Assembly: GCA_964510585.1 (NCBI GenBank)
Contig: CAZECW010000064.1
Coordinates: forward strand, 1 to 12,414
DNA from: an uncultured archaeon
GTDB taxonomy: Archaea > Asgardarchaeota > Jordiarchaeia > Jordiarchaeales > Jordiarchaeaceae
Length of the DNA stretch: 12,414 nt
Reading direction: 5' to 3'
Position numbers and translations under genes: made by a program. A model generated the notes under the pieces. That model ran no database searches. It was not told the origin of the DNA and was given only the letters and a program-made list of their open reading frames with translations. Below, in pieces: positions 8,611-12,414 of the stretch (its first letter is position 1; each line of letters begins with the position of its first letter).

Positions 8611-9558
8611 ATGCCAGAATCAATAGAGAAAATGGCTTCCAGATCAAGCAGAGCTTTAGTTTTTGGAGTAGGCGGTGGCGGGGACATTCTGGGCACACTG
8701 CCAACAAGTGGATATTTGAATACTCTAGGAGTGGAGACAATTCTGGGGGGTGTGAGCTGGGAACGTATAGTTTTTGACCCAAAACCTGGCCCAAGATCGC
8801 TAGAGGAAATACAAAATATAGAAAAAATATCTGATAGCACCGCCTACACATGTAAAGACTCTCAAACCCGCGAAGGGGTGTACTTTCAGTGTAGCAACAT
8901 GGCTAATTTTCTTAATAAGAGGACAATAATTGTTGATGTTTCAAAAACCGCGAGGGAAATCTCAAGAGGGCTGCAGGAAACTGCGGAGAAACTTGACTTG
9001 AACCTAATAATTGGTGTAGATGTGGGAGGAGACATTCTAGCCAGCGGATCTGAGCCTGGGCTGAGGAGCCCCCTTTGTGATGGTACAATACTTGCCGCAC
9101 TCAGTTTACTGAAAATTCCAACAGCCATAGCTGTTTTTGGTTCAGGTTGTGACGGAGAACTTACACTAGATGAGCTTATTGGGAGGTACGAGCTTGTGGC
9201 CAAGAAATCTGGATATTTGGGTGCGCGAGGCATGACTCCCGATGATTTTTCAATTATGAGTAAAGCCGTAAAGTATGTTAAAACCGAAGCCAGCCTTCTC
9301 CCTCTAAAAGCTTGGAAGGGAGAGCACGGAGTTTTCAAGATTAGAGATGGTGCCCGTAGCGTAAATCTCTCAATCATCTCAACTATTAGCTTTTATTTTG
9401 ATACTAAGACTGTCTATAGTTTGAGCCCCATCGGGAAGGCTCTCAGGAATGCCAAAAATTTTCAAGATGCAAACAAAAGACTTCATAAACTCGGTCTAAC
9501 TACAGAGTACGACTTTGAGTTAAACTATCTGAAAAATGTTGACACTCTCCGCGACTAA
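8611..9558 (+). CDS. DUF1152 domain-containing protein (C-terminus altered by an inserted mini-element)
   Basis: G.GGGGD, GVDVGGD and G.G.DGEL motifs typical of DUF1152. The last codons (V/DTLRD*) lie inside the element at 9539-9817. Confidence 0.85.
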   Translation: MPESIEKMASRSSRALVFGVGGGGDILGTLPTSGYLNTLGVETILGGVSWERIVFDPKPGPRSLEEIQNIEKISDSTAYTCKDSQTREGVYFQCSNMANFLNKRTIIVDVSKTAREISRGLQETAEKLDLNLIIGVDVGGDILASGSEPGLRSPLCDGTILAALSLLKIPTAIAVFGSGCDGELTLDELIGRYELVAKKSGYLGARGMTPDDFSIMSKAVKYVKTEASLLPLKAWKGEHGVFKIRDGARSVNLSIISTISFYFDTKTVYSLSPIGKALRNAKNFQDANKRLHKLGLTTEYDFELNYLKNVDTLRD

Positions 9559-9735
9559 AGTTGCGGGGATTCTTGCTTCTGGCTCATCGGGAGCCTTAGG
9601 AAGCAATGGGTGTGCCATCACCCAGTTAGCACGCCCTTCCCTTTAGGGGAACGGCGTCTATGTTGGCACCCTCATGGGGGCTGCGTCTTGTTTAGCCTCT
9701 TAAAGCCCAAGCCAAACCTTTCAGCTACCAACAAT
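9519..9735 (-). ncRNA. Putative TnpB-type omega/reRNA (about 195-nt scaffold plus flank-derived guide)
   Basis: Consecutive stems at 9690-9717, 9666-9684, 9631-9657, 9607-9624 and 9575-9604, then the right-end hairpin at 9547-9568. Loop UGGCA (9613-9617) can pair with terminal UGUCA (9544-9540) to form a pseudoknot. The G-U pairs in the 9690-9717 stem and the pseudoknot work only on the minus strand. The 5' end is inferred from the TATA box and the 3' end assumes a ~20-nt guide. Confidence 0.65.
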
Positions 9736-9794
9736 CATCATCCTTTCCTACTTTCTTATAAGCTTTTTGGGCGATTCATCCCCGCGACTAAAGT
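9549..9794 (+). repeat. 13-bp direct repeat CCGCGACTAAAGT at 9549-9561 and 9782-9794 (cores of the right- and left-end TnpA-binding hairpins)
   Basis: The identical 13-mer is seen twice, each time centred in a hairpin with a TAAA/TTTA loop. Confidence 0.9.
9754..9770 (-). promoter_or_regulatory. Archaeal BRE + TATA promoter inside the mini-element, pointing into the RNA scaffold
   Basis: Minus strand CCAAAAAGC-TTATAA-GA: a purine-rich BRE directly followed by a TATA box (9761-9756). Predicted TSS about 9735-9730. Confidence 0.6.
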
Positions 9795-9842
9795 CGGGGG
9801 CTTTCTCGCCAAGGGTTGTAATAAAAGAACAAAGCATCCCAA

Positions 9843-10047
9843 ATGAAAATTATGCCCAACAACCCGGAAACCAAAAAAACAGTTATTAAACTCACCGAAA
9901 AAGGGGGGGTGACCGCCGAAAATACTCAAGAATAGTATAGGGTGCCGAGAAAGAAACTATTTTCCCCTGAGCGTAGAAAAAATGATAAACCAACTGGTAG
10001 CAGAAAAATCAGACTTAATGGTAAGACTAACTAACATGGGAAACTAA
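9843..10047 (+). pseudogene. Possible frameshifted remnant of a small (winged-helix-like) gene
   Basis: ATG 9843 overlaps TGA 9844-9846 (ATGA). It reads MKIMPNNPETKKTVIKLTEKGGVTAE, and continues ILKNSIG...MGN* after removing one A at 9919-9922. IKLTEKG..TAE resembles a wHTH wing/helix motif only. Confidence 0.22.
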
Positions 10048-10091
10048 AATAAAAATTGGAATGCTGCCCATGCCAAAAGGTCGTACCAGCA

Positions 10092-10694
10092 TTAATTGTT
10101 GCTCTGTGATTTTGAAGCATGTTCCCTGATAAATTCTCTTATGATGAATGTATATAAAACATTCAAAAGCGTGGCAGATAATAGTAACCAGAAAAATATT
10201 GATGTAATTTGTTCCGTGTAGAGAAAAACCCAACTTAGAATCCATCCCGTCGCAAACAAAAATATCATGATAAGGAGCATCGGACCCATAATAACCATTA
10301 GTTTTTTTCCACCACCTTTCCCCATAAGGAACTGCACAAGATTCTTCACGTCTCTGTACCTCTTGTATCCCTTAAGATCCTTTAACACCGAAACTAAGTG
10401 AATATCCCAAGCGAAAACAATGAACGACACCCAAGAAGCCACAAAAACAGCAATCAGAAACACCGTAAAAGGGGTGATTGTAGGATAGTTTGCAAAACTG
10501 TTAAAAGGTGTCAGAATATAGACAACTCTAAGTCCAACCGAATAGCAAAAACAAATAATCCAATTAGTTAATGGGATGATGAACATATTCCTAAGCGAAC
10601 AGCAGAAGAGAATAAGGGAACCAAGAAGGGGGAAAAAGGGCAAATACTTAAACCTATAGACAATTTTCACATCTTTATCGTTCCAATCAAACAT
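10092..10694 (-). CDS. Hypothetical integral membrane protein (about 4-5 TM segments)
   Basis: About 200 aa with several long hydrophobic stretches. RBS AGAGGAG is 9 nt upstream of ATG 10694 and abuts the alternative ATG 10703. Confidence 0.7.
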   Translation of the reverse strand: MFDWNDKDVKIVYRFKYLPFFPLLGSLILFCCSLRNMFIIPLTNWIICFCYSVGLRVVYILTPFNSFANYPTITPFTVFLIAVFVASWVSFIVFAWDIHLVSVLKDLKGYKRYRDVKNLVQFLMGKGGGKKLMVIMGPMLLIMIFLFATGWILSWVFLYTEQITSIFFWLLLSATLLNVLYTFIIREFIREHASKSQSNN

Positions 10695-10770
10695 ATTTTG
10701 CATCTCCTCTTAAAAGCAAGACTTTACCCAAAAAAGGGGAAAGGCTCGCCAACCTTTAAATTGCTATGCA

Positions 10771-11253
10771 TTACCCAAATGGGTTCGACACCCATACCCA
10801 ACGGAAGAAACCTAGGTTACTGTTATACCACGTGAGGAAACTGACATAGACACCTACAGTATCACCATACATGTAACAAACACCACTACTTGGACATATT
10901 TGAAGCACAATCCCATTATAATAAATAGTATGGAATGTTGTCCATGTCATAGGATCGTACCAGCAATAACCAGCCACCCAGTGAAATCTTTGGAAGAGCT
11001 GGAAACCATAACTGGGATCTCCTCTTGCATTGGCCGCGGCAGTAGTTGATATATCAACCCAAACAGATTCCAACATTCCGCCTCTAGGATATAATATTGC
11101 AGATATAATAAAGCTAGTTGCAGATATAACTGCACCAACTAGGTTAAAAGATACAAGACTAGCTGTTAGACCCATGGCGGATAGAACCATTGTTATGTCG
11201 TCCCACTCACTATACGCACCTTGTTGTACGAGGACAATAAATGCATTGTTTAG
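10771..11253 (-). pseudogene. Orphan C-terminal fragment of an unknown (membrane/secreted-like) protein, fused in frame to the DUF3368 tail as ORF 10771..11322
   Basis: Open frame with a hydrophobic segment (VLSAMGLTASLVSFNLVGAVISATSFIISAILY) and a W/Y/G-rich C-terminus. It has no own start or RBS, and the first ~23 codons of the called ORF are DUF3368-like. Confidence 0.5.
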
Positions 11254-11689
11254 GTAAAAACACATTCTTATCATTTCTGATAACAAGCGGTTGCCTTGTT
11301 CCTTCGAAATAATTTTTTCCACTCACAGCTAAAACCAGTTCACCTATCGTACCAGACACTGGAACACCGAACCTTTGAGCGTATTTTCTTGCATCTAAAT
11401 CATCTGTCAACATTCTAAATCCCCTAGTCAAGGCGATACAGGGAGGCTCTCCTCTTCCCAATGTACAAGCTAATTTGGAAAAACCTTTCTCTCCTCAGAA
11501 TTCATTTCCAAAACTTCTATTTGACCCAAATCTGAGGCTGGAAAAATTCCTCTCTTTACACCGAACCTTAACTCTTCAAACACTTCACGGGTTGTACACA
11601 GGTTAGCTACAGCTTTTTGAAGCAGATCCAACCTTTTTAATAAGTACAAAATTTGAAATAACGGTGGCGTCTGCGATCACTTTTCCCAT
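11254..11689 (-). pseudogene. DUF3368-family PIN-domain (VapC-like) toxin, frameshifted
   Basis: Joining frames gives MGKVIADATVISNFVLIK/RLDLLQKAV...TTREVFEEL.../..LGRGE..CIA...MLTDDLDARKYAQRFGVPVSGTIGEL...SG/KIISKEQGNRLLSEMIRM.FY. The frameshifts fall at homopolymers 11634-11638, 11479-11483 and 11313-11318. The gene overlaps the upstream UPF0175 gene by 13 nt. Confidence 0.85.
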
Positions 11690-11961
11690 AGTTTCGCCGC
11701 TTCTGCCTCGGCCATGATGTCCTCTTTTGACGACGCACGGATAGGCACGCACTTCTGCCTCAACTCTCTCTGAAGTTCAATTCTGGTCACTCCAAGTAGT
11801 TCGGCAGCTCTACTCAAACTTATCCTTCCATTGACATATGCCCCAATAATTATAGACCTGTAGACATTCGGGCTATTCTTGCGAATCTCGGCGAGAATTT
11901 TATCTATAGTTTCAGGTTGAATCTCACCAATCTTTCTCAGCTCATCTAAAACCCAAGTCAT
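11677..11961 (-). CDS. UPF0175-family protein (putative antitoxin partner of DUF3368)
   Basis: AYVNGRISLSRAAELLGVTRIEL..EL...VP.R motif, directly upstream of and overlapping the DUF3368 gene. ATG 11961 is preferred over TTG 11970. Confidence 0.85.
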   Translation of the reverse strand: MTWVLDELRKIGEIQPETIDKILAEIRKNSPNVYRSIIIGAYVNGRISLSRAAELLGVTRIELQRELRQKCVPIRASSKEDIMAEAEAAKLWEK

Positions 11962-12057
11962 ACGCTTCAACCCATAACTATTCTACAGTTCAATCAATTT
12001 AACCCCATCGGAATAGGAACAGTACGTAGAAAAGAACCCTTTTTAAGGCAGGGGAAA

Positions 12058-12069
12058 ATAAAGCTTTAT
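12058..12069. promoter_or_regulatory. 12-bp perfect palindrome ATAAAGCTTTAT overlapping TATA-like sequence between divergent genes
   Basis: It lies in the divergent intergenic region 11962-12177 and gives TTTATA-like boxes on both strands. Confidence 0.3.
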
Positions 12070-12177
12070 AATACGGCGGACACTAATTAAAGAACAATTC
12101 GAGAAACAAAATACTAACAAGTTTTCTCGCAAATTTGGGAATCTTACCGTTATGAATTAAAAGTTGGGGTAGTGGAA

Positions 12178-12294
12178 ATGTTTGAAAAGTTTGATGCTGT
12201 GGTAGTTGGTGCGGGTCTTGGAGGTCTCTCTGCTGCGGCTACTCTTGCCAAGGGTGGACAGAAAGTACTTCTCCTGGACTATAGATTCGGATAA
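12178..12294 (+). pseudogene. N-terminal stub of an FAD/NAD(P)-dependent oxidoreductase (phytoene-desaturase-like Rossmann start), truncated
   Basis: [34 protein letters not shown] is a complete beta-alpha-beta GxGxxG motif. It is followed by YRFG* in unrelated sequence from about 12279. Confidence 0.85.
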
Positions 12295-12414
12295 ACTGGG
12301 CTTTTTTTCTGGTTGATCCTGCTTTTTGTAGCGTTTCTTGTGGGGCTGAGGGAAAAATAATGTAGGAGAACGACACGTATAAAGGATATGAAGCCGGAGA
12401 GACTCATTCTAATA
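12279..12414 (-). mobile_element. Probable right end of an insertion sequence (C-terminus of a DDE/IS4-like transposase) running off the window
   Basis: A minus-strand frame is open from the edge (IRMSLSGFISFIRVVLLHYFSL...PVYPNL*) with its stop TAG at 12281-12279, exactly where oxidoreductase homology breaks. The family assignment is by loose resemblance only. Confidence 0.35.

Larger units (their letters stand above)
9539..9817 (-). mobile_element. Non-autonomous IS200/IS605-family (IS608-like) mini-element (MITE/PATE-like), 279 bp, no tnpA or tnpB
   Basis: Minus strand reads TTAC (9821-9818), then AACCCTTGGCGAG-AAAG-CCCCCGAC[TTTA]GTCGCGGGG at the left end, and GAAT-CCCCGCAAC[TTTA]GTCGCGGAG-AGTG-TCAA at the right end (ends 9539). 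All four tetranucleotides and their hairpin-adjacent positions match IS608. There is no target-site duplication. Confidence 0.9.

Noticed and set aside
506-9377. Shadow ORFs (506-796, 1245-1430, 1507-1743, 2143-2469, 2866-3102, 5090-5338, 5558-5833, 5625-5873, 6401-6700, 6978-7196, 8138-8329, 8564-8851, 8577-8840, 8886-9377, 8912-9100)
   Set aside because: All lie antisense to, and wholly or mostly within, well-supported genes, and lack recognisable domains.
9539-9817. Mini-element as a group I intron/IStron, an IscB-type HEARO RNA or a small CRISPR array
   Set aside because: No recognisable group I catalytic core, and it is too short. The scaffold sits at the right end with the guide 3' of it (TnpB geometry, not IscB). 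The repeat occurs only twice, as end hairpins.
9610-9846. 78-aa plus-strand ORF in the ORF track
   Set aside because: It runs antisense through the structured mini-element and has no protein-like motif. Only its last ~9 codons are meaningful, as the displaced ancestral DUF1152 tail.
10027-11257. ORFs 10027-10245, 10947-11138 and 11030-11257
   Set aside because: Alternative-frame or antisense overlaps of longer, more protein-like frames.
11210-11461. 83-aa ORF as a stand-alone gene
   Set aside because: It is the middle frame segment of the frameshifted DUF3368 pseudogene.
1-12414. rRNA, tRNA or CRISPR arrays
   Set aside because: No cloverleaf with TΨC/anticodon signatures, no rRNA-like GC-rich tract and no regularly spaced repeats were seen.

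Overview
Archaeal genomic window, probably TACK/Asgard-like; this is inferred from gene content (proteasome beta, NOG1, archaeal MutS, DUF1152, BRE/TATA promoters). Positions 407-9558 hold intact housekeeping and repair genes: MutS5-like ATPase, DUF62 SAM hydrolase, nadM, ogt, rtcA, Hsp20, NOG1 GTPase, a proteasome beta subunit lacking Thr1, and DUF1152. The standout is a 279-bp protein-free IS200/IS605-family (IS608-like) mini-element at 9539-9817 on the minus strand. It has the full IS608 end logic (TTAC target with AAAG guide, GAAT guide with TCAA end, two subterminal hairpins). It also carries an internal BRE/TATA promoter and an apparently intact TnpB-type omega/reRNA scaffold with a 3' pseudoknot. 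It inserted into, and rewrote, the 3' end of DUF1152. Positions 9843-12414 are a decaying accessory region: an orphan membrane protein, a chimeric ORF, a UPF0175/DUF3368 pair with a frameshifted PIN toxin, and an FAD-oxidoreductase stub cut by a probable IS end. No rRNA, tRNA or CRISPR array was seen.
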